DNA of 64,000 nt from Saprospiraceae bacterium (GCA_046299435.1 JBKBIC010000001.1:7875-71874); one strand, 5' to 3'; counted from the first letter of the stretch, positions 28,210 to 37,855 are shown. Translations and numbers: made by a program. Notes: generated from the sequence alone by a model not told the origin.

Positions 28210-29469
28210 ATGAGCGCACCTGCCAGCTACCGCTACCAAATCACCATCATCGGCATCCTGTTTTTTGTGTTCGGCTTCGTCACTTGGCTGAACGGCACGT
28301 TGATTCCATTCCTGAAACTGGCCTGCCAACTGAACACTTTTCAGGCGTTTTTCGTCACGTTCGCTTTTTACATGAGCTATTTCTTTTTGGCGTTGCCGTC
28401 GGCGAAAATCCTCGAACGCACAGGCTTCAAAAACGGCATGGCACTGGGCTTGGCGGTCATGGCGGTGGGTTGTTTGGTGTTCATTCCGGCAGCGCAGGCG
28501 CGAGCATTCCCGCTGTTTTTGACCGGACTTTTTGTGCAAGGCATGGGTTTGTCGCTGCTGCAAACGGCCTCTAATCCGTACATCAGCATCCTCGGCCCCT
28601 TGGAAAGTGCGGCGCAGCGCATCAGCATCATGGGCATTTGCAACAAAACGGCGGGCATCCTCAGCCCGCTCATTTTGAGCAGCATCCTCCTGAAAAACGC
28701 AGGCGAACTGGAAAAACAAGTGGCCGCCGCAACCGACGAGGCGCAGAAAAACCTGTTGCTCAACGAGTTGGCCGGGCGCGTGGTGCTGCCGTACATCGTG
28801 TTGGCACTCGTACTCGTGGCGTTGGCTTGGATGATTCGTCGCTCGGCTCTGCCGGAGATTGACACCGCAGGCACGGATGCCGACAACACGGACACAAAAC
28901 TTTCTGCCGGAAAAACCAGCGTGTTCCAGTTTCCGCACGTCCTGTTGGGTGCCTTGGCCATCTTTTTCTACGTCGGTGCGGAAGTGCTGGCCGGCGACGG
29001 CATCGGAATTTACGCCCGCTCGCTGGGCTTCGAGCTCGACCAGACCAAGTATTTCACCTCGTTCACGCTGGTCGGGATGCTCGTCGGGTATGTGTTGAGC
29101 ATCGTGTTGATTCCGAAATACATCTCGCAACAGGATTTCATGAAATACTCTGCCGTGCTGGGCATCGGGCTGGTGGGCCTGACATATTTCACAAGCGGCT
29201 CAACAGCAGTCACTTGCATCGCCGCACTTGGCTTGGCGAATGCCGTGATGTGGCCGGCGATTTTCCCGCTGGCCATCAATGGGTTGGGACGTTTTACGCA
29301 GACGGGTTCCGCGCTGCTCATCATGGGCATTGCTGGGGGCGCGGTGCTACCGCAATTGTACGGCCTGCTCGAAGGCCCGCTCGGATACCGTGCCGCCTTC
29401 CTCGTGCTGATGCTGCCCGCATACCTTTATATATTGTACTTCGCCGTGCGCGGGCACCGGGTGAGTTGA
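28210..29469 (+). CDS. MFS sugar transporter (glucose/galactose, FucP-like family)
   Basis: 12-TM pattern. ITIIGILFFVFGFVTWLNGTLIPFLK and LFVQGMGLSLLQTASNPY are characteristic of GluP/FucP. Confidence 0.85.
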   Translation: MSAPASYRYQITIIGILFFVFGFVTWLNGTLIPFLKLACQLNTFQAFFVTFAFYMSYFFLALPSAKILERTGFKNGMALGLAVMAVGCLVFIPAAQARAFPLFLTGLFVQGMGLSLLQTASNPYISILGPLESAAQRISIMGICNKTAGILSPLILSSILLKNAGELEKQVAAATDEAQKNLLLNELAGRVVLPYIVLALVLVALAWMIRRSALPEIDTAGTDADNTDTKLSAGKTSVFQFPHVLLGALAIFFYVGAEVLAGDGIGIYARSLGFELDQTKYFTSFTLVGMLVGYVLSIVLIPKYISQQDFMKYSAVLGIGLVGLTYFTSGSTAVTCIAALGLANAVMWPAIFPLAINGLGRFTQTGSALLIMGIAGGAVLPQLYGLLEGPLGYRAAFLVLMLPAYLYILYFAVRGHRVS

Positions 29470-29480
29470 AGAGAGGGGAA

Positions 29481-29556
29481 GTTGAATGGTTGAAAAGAGA
29501 AAAGGGTTGAAGGGTGTTAAGCCCCTTCAACCCTTTTCTCTTTTCAACCATTCAAC
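29481..29556. terminator. Perfect 34-bp-stem palindrome between convergent genes (bidirectional terminator candidate)
   Basis: 29481-29514 (GTTGAATGGTTGAAAAGAGAAAAGGGTTGAAGGG) is the exact reverse complement of 29523-29556, with an 8-nt loop. It starts 12 nt after the transporter stop and ends 1 nt before the receptor stop codon. Confidence 0.8.
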
Positions 29557-32379
29557 TCAAAAATTCAGCACGGCGCGTGCGAACAGCCGCCGACCGTTGC
29601 CGCCCATTTGCACAGCATCCCAAGGGCCGCCGGTTTCGCAGTTGAAGGCCCAGCCTTCCGCGCCTTTCACGACGGCGATGTCGGGGTGAACGCCCCAGAG
29701 GTTGTCCGCGCCCGCGAAAATTTGGATGCCCTTGCCGAGTTTGTACGACACATACCAGTCGTTGACCACTTTCGCGCCGTACTCGTACACATCGGGCAGC
29801 GAGCCGGTGCCGTCGTCTTTCGGCACGGTCGGGTTTTGGCCGAGGCCGTCCTCGCCGTAGCCCTGCAAGGTGATTTTGCCGAAAAGCGTGGCACGGGTGC
29901 CGAGGGCGAACTTGCCCACGCCATATTCGAGGTTCAGCGTGCCTTTTTGGTTGGGCGCGGAGGCGAGGATGAACGCCTGTTCGCGGGTGCTCAAAAAGTA
30001 TTCGCTGTTGTTCAGGCGGGCGGGCACGTTGATTTTGTCAATTTTCATGTCTTGGAAGTTGGCTGCCAAGAGTGCCTTGAAGTGCTGGTTCGAGCCGATG
30101 CGCTTGGAGTAGTCAATCACCACGTCCACGCCCATGTTGGTCGTGTTGACGGCATTGGCGAAAAACTGTGCGGAGGCCACGTTCAGTTGTTTCAGGGCGT
30201 TGGTGAAATCCGGGCTGAGGCTCGAATCGTCTGCCGAAAACTGGCCGGAGAGCACCACGCGGTCTTTCACCTGCACCATGTAACCGTCAACCGTCACCGT
30301 CAGGCCCTCCGCCGGGCGGGCCGTAAAACCGAGGCTGGCATTCACGGAGCGTTCTTGTTTCAGTGGTTCGATGCCGGCGGCTTTGGTGATGGGGCTTTCG
30401 TTCGGGGCGATTTTCACCTCGAAAATGTTGGCTCCCTGCACGGTCGTGAACGTAGAGGAGAAGTTCAGTTGCTGCAAAGACGGGGCACGATAGCCCGTCG
30501 AGACCGAGCCGCGCACGTTGAAGTTCTCAGCCAATTTGAGGCGGGCTGCCAATTTACCGTTGAACGTGGAGCCGAAGTCGCTGTAATTCTCGAAACGCAA
30601 GGCCGCGCCGACGAGGAATTTTTCGGTGATGTCAATTTCCGCGTCCACATAACCACCTATGACAGAGCGTGTTGCGTCCACTTCGTCGCCGGGTTGGTAG
30701 CCGGGGAAGCCCTGCGCGCCGGGGGCTTTGTAAATAAATGTGGAGTCAATGTTGACGAACGTACCGTTGGCATCGAACACCGAATCGGTCTCGATGCGGT
30801 CGAGGATTTGGTTGACGGTTTTCCAAGAAGCATCCTCGCCGGCGTAGAGCTGGTAGTTTTCAAAACGGTATTCCGCGCCGAAAGCGAGGTTGAAACCGGA
30901 GGCAATACCTTCGATGGGCTTTGAAAAATTGAGGTTCGTGGTGTTTTGCAGGAACGAGAAGCCTCCGTCGTCGAAGTGGTTTTTGTTGCCGTCGCCGGTA
31001 GAGGCGTTGAAGGTTTTGTCGCCGAAAAAGTGGAAATTGTTGTAGCCGGAAGTGTTGCTCAAATCCCATTTCCAGCCGCCTTCCTTGCCACCGCGCACCC
31101 CGACCGCGCCGGAATAGTCTTGGATTTCGGTCTGGATGTGCGGGTTGTAGTATTGGTCGCTGCCGTCGGCGATTTCTTGGACGATGTTGTTTGGGTCAAC
31201 GATGTTGCCGTTTGCGTCGGTCACGAAGCGTTCGGGGCGGCCCGAAAAATTGCGGGTGTATGCAAAGGCATCGCTGTTTTTCAGGTTCGCACCGCCGAAG
31301 GCGTAGGCCGTAACATTGTCATTCACAGGCAGTTCGGCATTCAAAAAGGCGCCGCCGCCCGTCATGGAACCGTCGCCGAAGGCGCGGCGGACGTAGTTGG
31401 GATAGGGGATTTCTTTCTCGGCGATTTCTTGGCGGTAGGTTTTGCCGGCGGTCGTGTAGTCGGCGGAGATGTTGACAAAACCGCCCTTGCTGCCGAGCGG
31501 CAGGCCGTAGTTCAGCCCGGCGTTGAAGGTCTGTCCGTCGAACTTCGAGCCGGTGTAGTATTGGCTGGGGTCTTTGGCGTTGGCCGAGTTGTAATCGGGG
31601 TCGTTGTAGCCGGAGAAGCCGATGTTGCCGCTCAATTTTTTGACCGACGAGCGGGTGATGATGTTGATGACCCCGGCGATTGCGTCCGAGCCGTACTGGG
31701 CCGATGCACCGTCGCGCAGGATTTCCACGCGGTCAATCGAGGCTCCGGAGATGGCGTTCAGGTCGGTGCCGGAGTTGCCGCGCCCGCGCGTGCCGAACAC
31801 GCTGACGAAGGCCGTCTGGTGGCGGCGTTTGCCGTTGACGAGTACCAGCGTCTGGTCGGGGCCGAGGCCGCGCAGGGTGGCGAGGTCAATGTGGTCGGCC
31901 CCGTCGGAACCTGTTTGTTTGTTGTAGTTGAAAGAAGGCGCGGCAGCGTTCAGCGCGGAGGTGATGTCCATCTTGGCCGAGGGGATTTGCACCTGCGCGG
32001 GCGAGATAACGTCCACAGGCACAGGCGTTTCTGCTTTGGTACGCCCGGCGCGACGGCTGCCGACGACGACAATTTGGTCGAGCGTGTTGTTGCCTTCGAG
32101 CAACACTACATCAAGCATAGCTTGGCCTGTGTATGCGATGGTTTGGGCTTCGTAGCCAGTGTAGCTGAACAGGATGTTCGCGCTGCTGCGGGTGATTTTG
32201 AGCGTGTACGAACCGTCGGTGCCCGAAATGGTGCCGTTGGAAGTGCCGCGCTCGGAGATGCTCACGCCGATGAGGGCTTCGCCACTTGCGTCCGTGACTT
32301 TTCCTTTGAGCGTGCCCTGTGCGGCGAGCGGCGACAGGTAAGCCGTGAAACTCAGGATGAGGATAAAAATTTGTTTCAT
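29557..32379 (-). CDS. TonB-dependent receptor
   Basis: Trimmed to ATG 32379 (MKQIFILILSFTAYLSPLAAQ). Carboxypeptidase-regulatory-like domain (LKGKVTDASGEALIGVSI), plug (VVVGSRR...VDVISP; LRGLGPDQTLVLVNGKRR), barrel ending in LFARAVLNF. Confidence 0.9.
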   Translation of the reverse strand: MKQIFILILSFTAYLSPLAAQGTLKGKVTDASGEALIGVSISERGTSNGTISGTDGSYTLKITRSSANILFSYTGYEAQTIAYTGQAMLDVVLLEGNNTLDQIVVVGSRRAGRTKAETPVPVDVISPAQVQIPSAKMDITSALNAAAPSFNYNKQTGSDGADHIDLATLRGLGPDQTLVLVNGKRRHQTAFVSVFGTRGRGNSGTDLNAISGASIDRVEILRDGASAQYGSDAIAGVINIITRSSVKKLSGNIGFSGYNDPDYNSANAKDPSQYYTGSKFDGQTFNAGLNYGLPLGSKGGFVNISADYTTAGKTYRQEIAEKEIPYPNYVRRAFGDGSMTGGGAFLNAELPVNDNVTAYAFGGANLKNSDAFAYTRNFSGRPERFVTDANGNIVDPNNIVQEIADGSDQYYNPHIQTEIQDYSGAVGVRGGKEGGWKWDLSNTSGYNNFHFFGDKTFNASTGDGNKNHFDDGGFSFLQNTTNLNFSKPIEGIASGFNLAFGAEYRFENYQLYAGEDASWKTVNQILDRIETDSVFDANGTFVNIDSTFIYKAPGAQGFPGYQPGDEVDATRSVIGGYVDAEIDITEKFLVGAALRFENYSDFGSTFNGKLAARLKLAENFNVRGSVSTGYRAPSLQQLNFSSTFTTVQGANIFEVKIAPNESPITKAAGIEPLKQERSVNASLGFTARPAEGLTVTVDGYMVQVKDRVVLSGQFSADDSSLSPDFTNALKQLNVASAQFFANAVNTTNMGVDVVIDYSKRIGSNQHFKALLAANFQDMKIDKINVPARLNNSEYFLSTREQAFILASAPNQKGTLNLEYGVGKFALGTRATLFGKITLQGYGEDGLGQNPTVPKDDGTGSLPDVYEYGAKVVNDWYVSYKLGKGIQIFAGADNLWGVHPDIAVVKGAEGWAFNCETGGPWDAVQMGGNGRRLFARAVLNF

Positions 32380-32426
32380 ACGAAAGACTGGGTTTGAGCG
32401 TGAAAAATATTTGGAAAGAGTTGCGC

Positions 32427-32434
32427 CAAAGGTA
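32427..32434 (-). promoter_or_regulatory. Candidate -7 box (TACCTTTG on the minus strand) for the TonB-dependent receptor
   Basis: CAAAGGTA on the plus strand, 47 nt upstream of ATG 32379. Confidence 0.35.
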
Positions 32435-32518
32435 GTTTGCGTTTGGAATGTTGCGAATAGTTTGAAATCCAATCGTTGCCTGCCGTGCTATTGCCCAATT
32501 TTCCGAACCTTGCCCGCA

Positions 32519-33979
32519 ATGAAACCGCCGTCCCTCATCCCCCATCTTGCATTCCTCGTCCTCGCTTCCGTGCTGCTGCGGCTCTGGGCCTTCGCCCAAA
32601 CGCCATTCGCCAACGGCTGGGATGCCTATTTCTACCTCGTGCAAATCAGGGCGTGGATTGAGGACGGCCAAATGCACTCGCCGGAAGCCTCGCTGATTTA
32701 TCCTTTCATGCGGACAATCCTTTGGTTCACAGGCGATTATGTGTGGATGTACAAAATCGGCGCGGCACTTTTGGCCGGAGCGTTCACAGCGGCGGCGATG
32801 TGGTTTACGAGTCGTTCATCCCTCATCCCTCATCCCCCATTCCTGCTTTTGGGCGCGTGGACGGTGTTCAGCCCGCACCTGACCTACTTCGCGGCACAGT
32901 ACCCGAAGAACCTCTTGGGCGTGGTGCTGCTGCTGTTTTTCATCGGCAGTTTGCAGGATACAAAAACCGCCCGTCGTGTTTGGGTTCCAGCCATGTTGCT
33001 GATTGTCAACTACTTCGGGCATCGGTTGACATTCGGGTTGGCGGTGGCCTATCTTATTTTTCATCTGTTTTTTGCCTTCGGCAAAAATCGGCTGCCGCAG
33101 GTTTTCAGCCCCCGAAGCCTCACTTGGTTGGCTGGCGGCTTGATGGTTTTAGTCGTCGCCGGACAATTTTTCCCGGGGCTTTTTCACCTCACCGATTTTG
33201 GGCGGCTGGCCGGGGCGGGCGGTTTTCGGGTGCATTTCACACCATATTTATTTGTCCGCGAGTTTTGGCCCGACGGGCGGCTGTCTGTTTGGTGGCTGAC
33301 CGAGATTTTGGCCGCAGTCGGGGCCATCGGGTTTGCAGTTGTCCAAAGTCCAAAATCCAACGTCCCGTATTTACTCCTGTGCCTGTTGTTGTTGTGGCCC
33401 TTCGGCGAGTGGTCGCTGACGGGCGTTTCGTACCGGATGTTTTTGGTCTTTGTGCTGCTCGCGCCTTTGGCATTTGCCCAATCCCGAATTTCCAATGCCC
33501 GATTTCCAACCCTCGTCCTGCTCACAGCGGCGTGTTTTGTGTGGAAAAGCTACGACCCGCAAAAGCACGACCCCGACTATGCTTTTTTCCAAAAAATCGC
33601 CACTGCAGCTACGGGCCAGCTCAAAAACCGGGGCGTGGAATTAGTCATTGCCCACAACGCGCTGGCCGAGTTTTTCACGTTCACAACCGGCACCGATGCC
33701 ATGCCTTGGCTGCCCGAATACCCCGTCGCACCCGAAAAACTTTGGCGCATCGCTGCCGACGTGCGCCCGCCTGAACTGGAATTTTACGGCCTCGCACCCG
33801 CCGACGGCTTGGTTTTCCGGTTGCCCGGTCGCTATATTTTGTTGCGCGAAGACCACTGGCAACAAATCTTGGCGAAGGCCCGCACCGACGGCGACACGGA
33901 TTTTATAGAGCGAGCCATCTCATGGCAAAACCCCTCGCGGATGCGCCCGGCGTTTTTGCTGCGGCGCAAACAGCGATGA
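32519..33979 (+). CDS. Polytopic membrane protein, possibly a GT-C-type glycosyltransferase
   Basis: Trimmed to ATG 32519. At least 10 hydrophobic segments followed by a soluble C-terminal domain of about 130 aa. I recognise no specific family motif. Confidence 0.55.
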   Translation: MKPPSLIPHLAFLVLASVLLRLWAFAQTPFANGWDAYFYLVQIRAWIEDGQMHSPEASLIYPFMRTILWFTGDYVWMYKIGAALLAGAFTAAAMWFTSRSSLIPHPPFLLLGAWTVFSPHLTYFAAQYPKNLLGVVLLLFFIGSLQDTKTARRVWVPAMLLIVNYFGHRLTFGLAVAYLIFHLFFAFGKNRLPQVFSPRSLTWLAGGLMVLVVAGQFFPGLFHLTDFGRLAGAGGFRVHFTPYLFVREFWPDGRLSVWWLTEILAAVGAIGFAVVQSPKSNVPYLLLCLLLLWPFGEWSLTGVSYRMFLVFVLLAPLAFAQSRISNARFPTLVLLTAACFVWKSYDPQKHDPDYAFFQKIATAATGQLKNRGVELVIAHNALAEFFTFTTGTDAMPWLPEYPVAPEKLWRIAADVRPPELEFYGLAPADGLVFRLPGRYILLREDHWQQILAKARTDGDTDFIERAISWQNPSRMRPAFLLRRKQR

Positions 33980-34070
33980 GCCGCTTGTCGAACATCAGCG
34001 AGCGGATGTTAAAATCGCAGTTTTGGGGCGGAAAAGTTTTTTGAGGCGAGGCATGATTTGTTAAAAAGAA

Positions 34071-34078
34071 TACTTTTG
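34071..34078 (+). promoter_or_regulatory. Candidate -7 box (TACTTTTG) for the acyl-CoA dehydrogenase gene
   Basis: Exact TAnnTTTG, 52 nt upstream of ATG 34131. Confidence 0.35.
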
Positions 34079-34130
34079 TGGCGATGATTCGCCAGATAAA
34101 AGCCAAAAAGCGAATCCCCAACTTTCAAAC

Positions 34131-35930
34131 ATGGATACAATGGTCGCAACCGATGTGCTCAAAGGCGGCGAGTTCCTCATCAAAGAGAGCCGCCCGGAGG
34201 ATGTGTTCATCCCCGAAGAATTCAACGAGGAACAATTGATGATCAAGCAAACGACGCTTGATTTCGTCGAACAAGAAATCGCGCCGAACCGCCTGCGAAT
34301 CGAAAAACAGGAACCGGGCCTAACGGTCTCGTTGATGAAAAAAGCCGGCGAACTCGGCCTGCTCGGCCCGCACATGCCCGCCGAATACGGCGGCATGGAA
34401 CTCGACACGAACACCAACACGCTCATCTCCGAAATCCTCGGCCCGGCGGGCTCGTTCTCGACGAGCATCGCGGCGCACACGGGCATCGGGATGTTGCCGA
34501 TTCTTTATTTCGGGACGGAGGAGCAAAAACAACGCTACCTGCCGGGCCTCATCTCCGGCGACCTGCGGGCGGCTTACTGCCTGACCGAGCCGGGCAGCGG
34601 CTCCGACGCATTGGCCGCCAAAACCCGCGCCGACCTGACCGACGACGGACAGCACTACATCCTGAACGGCCAGAAAATGTGGATCACCAATGCCGGTTTT
34701 GCCGACATATTCATCGTGTTTGCGAAAATCGGCGGCGAGAAGTTCACAGGCTTCATCGTGGAAGCCAACACACCCGGCCTGACGCTGGGCGCGGAGGAGG
34801 ACAAACTGGGCATCAAGGGTTCGAGCACGCGGCAGGTGTTTTTTGAAAACGCCAAAGTGCCCGCCGAAAACGTGCTTGGGCAAATCGGCAAAGGCCACCT
34901 CATCGCGTTCAACGCGCTCAACATTGGCCGCTACAAGTTGGGCGTGATGTGCCTCGGTGGCTGCAAAGAAGTCCTCAAAATGGCGACCGGGTACGCCAAC
35001 GAACGCCAGCAATTCGGCCAATCCATCGGCAACTTCGGGGCCATCAAGCACAAAGTGGCCGAGATGGCCATCCGCACCTTCGCGGGCGAAAGCGCGGGCT
35101 ACCGCACCTCGCAGCTCATGCAGGAGCGCAAAGAATCGGCCAGCGCGGAAGGCAAGCCTTTCGGCCAAGCCACGTTGGAAGCCGCCGAGGAATACGCCAT
35201 CGAGTGCTCCATCCTGAAAGTTTTTGGCTCAGAAACCACCGATTACTGCGTGGACGAGAACGTGCAGATTCACGGCGGCATGGGTTTCAGCGAAGAAATG
35301 AACGCCGCCCGCGCCTACCGCGACAGCCGCATCAACCGAATTTACGAAGGCACGAACGAAATCAACCGGATGCTCATGGTTGACCAGCTGTTCAAGCGGG
35401 CGATGAAAGGCCAGCTCGACATCGTTGGCCCAGCGTGGGCCGTCCAAAAAGAACTGGCCGCCATGCCATCGTTTGAAAAACTCGACGGCGACTACGCCGA
35501 AGAGACAAAGGCTGTGGCCGATTTCAAAAAAATCGCGCTCATGGTAGCCGGCGGCGCAGCCAAGATGCAAATGGACGGAAAGCTCAACCTCAAAGAAGAG
35601 CAGGAACTCCTAATGAACTGCGCCGACATTCTAATTGAGATTTACTGCGCCGAATCCATGCTCCTGCGCGTCCGAAAACTCGCCGAACGCAGCGACAAAC
35701 CGCAGCCACAGGAAGTGTACGATGCCATGTTGCAAGTCTTTTTCCACGATGCCACCGCCCGCGTGACGAAGGCCGCGACCGACGCAATCGCCGCCTTTGC
35801 CGAAGGCGACCTGCTCAAAACATTCCTCATGGGCCTCAAACGCTTCGCAAAATACCCGCCCGTGAACGTGAAAGAAAAACGCCGCCAAATCGCCGATGTC
35901 GTGCTCGCCGCAGGCAGTTGGCCTTTTTAG
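34131..35930 (+). CDS. Acyl-CoA dehydrogenase (long, FadE-like, about 600 aa)
   Basis: YCLTEPGSGSDA, QKMWITNAGFADIF, and IHGGMGFSEEMNAARAYRDSRINRIYEGTNEINR are canonical ACAD motifs. Confidence 0.9.
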   Translation: MDTMVATDVLKGGEFLIKESRPEDVFIPEEFNEEQLMIKQTTLDFVEQEIAPNRLRIEKQEPGLTVSLMKKAGELGLLGPHMPAEYGGMELDTNTNTLISEILGPAGSFSTSIAAHTGIGMLPILYFGTEEQKQRYLPGLISGDLRAAYCLTEPGSGSDALAAKTRADLTDDGQHYILNGQKMWITNAGFADIFIVFAKIGGEKFTGFIVEANTPGLTLGAEEDKLGIKGSSTRQVFFENAKVPAENVLGQIGKGHLIAFNALNIGRYKLGVMCLGGCKEVLKMATGYANERQQFGQSIGNFGAIKHKVAEMAIRTFAGESAGYRTSQLMQERKESASAEGKPFGQATLEAAEEYAIECSILKVFGSETTDYCVDENVQIHGGMGFSEEMNAARAYRDSRINRIYEGTNEINRMLMVDQLFKRAMKGQLDIVGPAWAVQKELAAMPSFEKLDGDYAEETKAVADFKKIALMVAGGAAKMQMDGKLNLKEEQELLMNCADILIEIYCAESMLLRVRKLAERSDKPQPQEVYDAMLQVFFHDATARVTKAATDAIAAFAEGDLLKTFLMGLKRFAKYPPVNVKEKRRQIADVVLAAGSWPF

Positions 35931-35950
35931 GAGTTGATTTGATGTTGGGT

Positions 35951-35977
35951 CGCTCGGCTATTTTCGAGCGTATTTTT
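35951..35977 (+). terminator. Small rho-independent terminator after the acyl-CoA dehydrogenase gene
   Basis: CGCTCG / CGAGCG stem with loop GCTATTTT, followed by TATTTTT. Confidence 0.5.
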
Positions 35978-35982
35978 GGCAA

Positions 35983-36055
35983 ACGAAGGGCAAGGCTGCC
36001 ACAAAGTTCCTCTCCCGGACACGGAAAAGAACTTTGTGCTGGCCTTGCCCTTCGT
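35983..36055. repeat. 73-nt imperfect palindrome (14 + 10 bp stem with a 3-nt internal mismatch)
   Basis: ACGAAGGGCAAGGCTGCCACAAAGTTC (35983-36009) versus GAACTTTGTGCTGGCCTTGCCCTTCGT (36029-36055). It generates mirror-image spurious ORFs on both strands. Confidence 0.75.
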
Positions 36056-36090
36056 CGTGAAAAAAACAAAATCTACCTTCGCTCGCAGCT

Positions 36091-36125
36091 AACCGAATCA
36101 ACAATCAACCAAAATCAACAAAATC
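36091..36125 (+). repeat. AATCAAC-type tandem units forming the fadD leader
   Basis: AACCGAATCAACAATCAACCAAAATCAACAAAATC-ATG. The 17-mer ACCGAATCAACAATCAA (36092-36108) is identical to the minus-strand sequence of 27931-27947. Confidence 0.85.
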
Positions 36126-37781
36126 ATGAACCGTCCCTGGCTTGCAAACTACCCGAAAGGCGTGCCCGTCAACATTGATGCCGATGCTTACCCAATGCTG
36201 ATGGACATGGTTGAAGAAGCACTGAAAAAATACAGCGACCTGCCCGCGTTCATCTCAATGGACAAGGTACTGACCTATGGTGAGCTCGACCGCCTGAGCA
36301 GCCAATTCGGGGCCTACCTCCAATCACGCGGCTTGCAGGCGGGCGACCGCATCGCGTTGATGATGCCCAATTTGCTGCAATACCCCATCGCGCTGTTCGG
36401 TGCGCTGCGGGCCGGTTTGATTGTCGTGAACACCAACCCGCTCTACACCCCCCGCGAAATGCGGCACCAGTTTTCGGACTCCGGGTCAAAGGCCATCGTC
36501 ATCGCCGAAAACTTCGCGGCTAATTTGCAGCAGATTATCGGCGAAACACCCGTCAAAACCGTCATCGTCACCAGCGTCGGCGAGATGCTCGGCTTGAAAG
36601 GCACAATCGTCAATTTCGTGGTGCGGCACATCAAAAAAATGGTGCCCAAGTTCAGCATCCCGAATACTGTCAGCTTTAAAGAGGCTCTCGCGCAAGGCAA
36701 AAAATTCACGCTGCAGCCCCACCGTTCCGGGCCGGACGACACCGTGATTTTGCAATACACCGGCGGCACGACGGGCGTATCGAAAGGCGCGATGCTCACC
36801 AACCGCAACCTCATCGCCAACATGCAGCAAATCCGCGCCATCCTCATGCCCAAAATGAAAGAGGCAGAGGAGGTCGTCATGTGCCCGCTGCCCCTGTACC
36901 ACGTCTTCGCGTTCACGGTCAACTGCCTTGCCATACTCAGCATCGGCGGTCGCAACATCTTGATTATCAACGCAAGAGACCAGCCCGCACTCATCAAGGA
37001 ATGGCGCAAGCACAACCCCACGCTCATGCCGGGCGTGAACACTTTGTTCAATGCCCTGCTCAACCGCCCGGAATTTGTCAAATTGGATTTCAGCCGATTG
37101 AACCTCTGCGTCGGCGGCGCAATGGCCGTGCAAAAAGCCGTCGCCGAGCGTTGGCAGCAGGTCACAGGCTGCCAGCTCGTCGAAGGCTACGGCATGACCG
37201 AGGCCAGCCCGGTCATCAGTTGCAATCCGTTCGATGGCTCGGCCCGGCTCGGCAGCATCGGTGTGCCGGTGCCTTCGACCGATATGCGAATCGTGGACGA
37301 CGCGGGCAACGAACTGCCACAGGGCGAGGTCGGCGAAATCCAAGCCAAAGGCCCACAAGTGATGAAAGGCTACTGGCAACGCCCCGACGCGACCGCCGAG
37401 ACCATCAAGGACGGCTGGCTTTGCACGGGCGACATGGGCCTGATGCACCCCGACGGTTATTTCCAGATTGTGGACAGGAAAAAAGACATGATTCTGGTCT
37501 CCGGTTTCAACGTCTATCCGAACGAAATCGAGGACGTGCTCGCCACGCATCCGAAGGTGCTGGAATCTGCCGCGCTCGGCATCGCCGACGAACATTCAGG
37601 CGAAGTGGTCAAAGTTTTTGTCGTCAAAAAAGACGACTCATTGACCGAAAGCGAAGTCATTGAGCACTGCCGCGCAAATCTGACGGGCTACAAAGTACCC
37701 AAACAGGTCGAGTTTCGGAAGGAACTGCCCAAAACGAACGTCGGCAAAATCCTCCGGCGCGAACTGCGCGAGCCAAAGTGA
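36126..37781 (+). CDS. fadD: Long-chain-fatty-acid--CoA ligase
   Basis: MNRPWLANYPKGVP..., AMP-binding motif LQYTGGTTGVSKGAMLTNRN, GYGMTE, TGDMG, and KVPKQVEFRKELPKTNVGKILRREL. Confidence 0.9.
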   Translation: MNRPWLANYPKGVPVNIDADAYPMLMDMVEEALKKYSDLPAFISMDKVLTYGELDRLSSQFGAYLQSRGLQAGDRIALMMPNLLQYPIALFGALRAGLIVVNTNPLYTPREMRHQFSDSGSKAIVIAENFAANLQQIIGETPVKTVIVTSVGEMLGLKGTIVNFVVRHIKKMVPKFSIPNTVSFKEALAQGKKFTLQPHRSGPDDTVILQYTGGTTGVSKGAMLTNRNLIANMQQIRAILMPKMKEAEEVVMCPLPLYHVFAFTVNCLAILSIGGRNILIINARDQPALIKEWRKHNPTLMPGVNTLFNALLNRPEFVKLDFSRLNLCVGGAMAVQKAVAERWQQVTGCQLVEGYGMTEASPVISCNPFDGSARLGSIGVPVPSTDMRIVDDAGNELPQGEVGEIQAKGPQVMKGYWQRPDATAETIKDGWLCTGDMGLMHPDGYFQIVDRKKDMILVSGFNVYPNEIEDVLATHPKVLESAALGIADEHSGEVVKVFVVKKDDSLTESEVIEHCRANLTGYKVPKQVEFRKELPKTNVGKILRRELREPK

Positions 37782-37855
37782 GCGAGCGCGGGCAGGCAAT
37801 CCGTCCGCGAAACTTTCGTTTCTTTGCCCGCTTTTTCATCAAAAACTGAATTGTT

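Noticed and set aside
29321-29689. Two ORFs on opposite strands, both beginning MVEKRKGLKG (29486-29689 + and 29321-29551 -).
   Set aside because: They are an artefact of the perfect 34-bp palindrome, which gives the same peptide from both strands. The same effect explains 35836-36069 - and 35918-36178 +.
32380-32518. Cobalamin or other riboswitch upstream of the TonB-dependent receptor.
   Set aside because: The whole divergent spacer is only 139 bp and the candidate promoter leaves a leader of about 45 nt. I saw no B12-box-like sequence.
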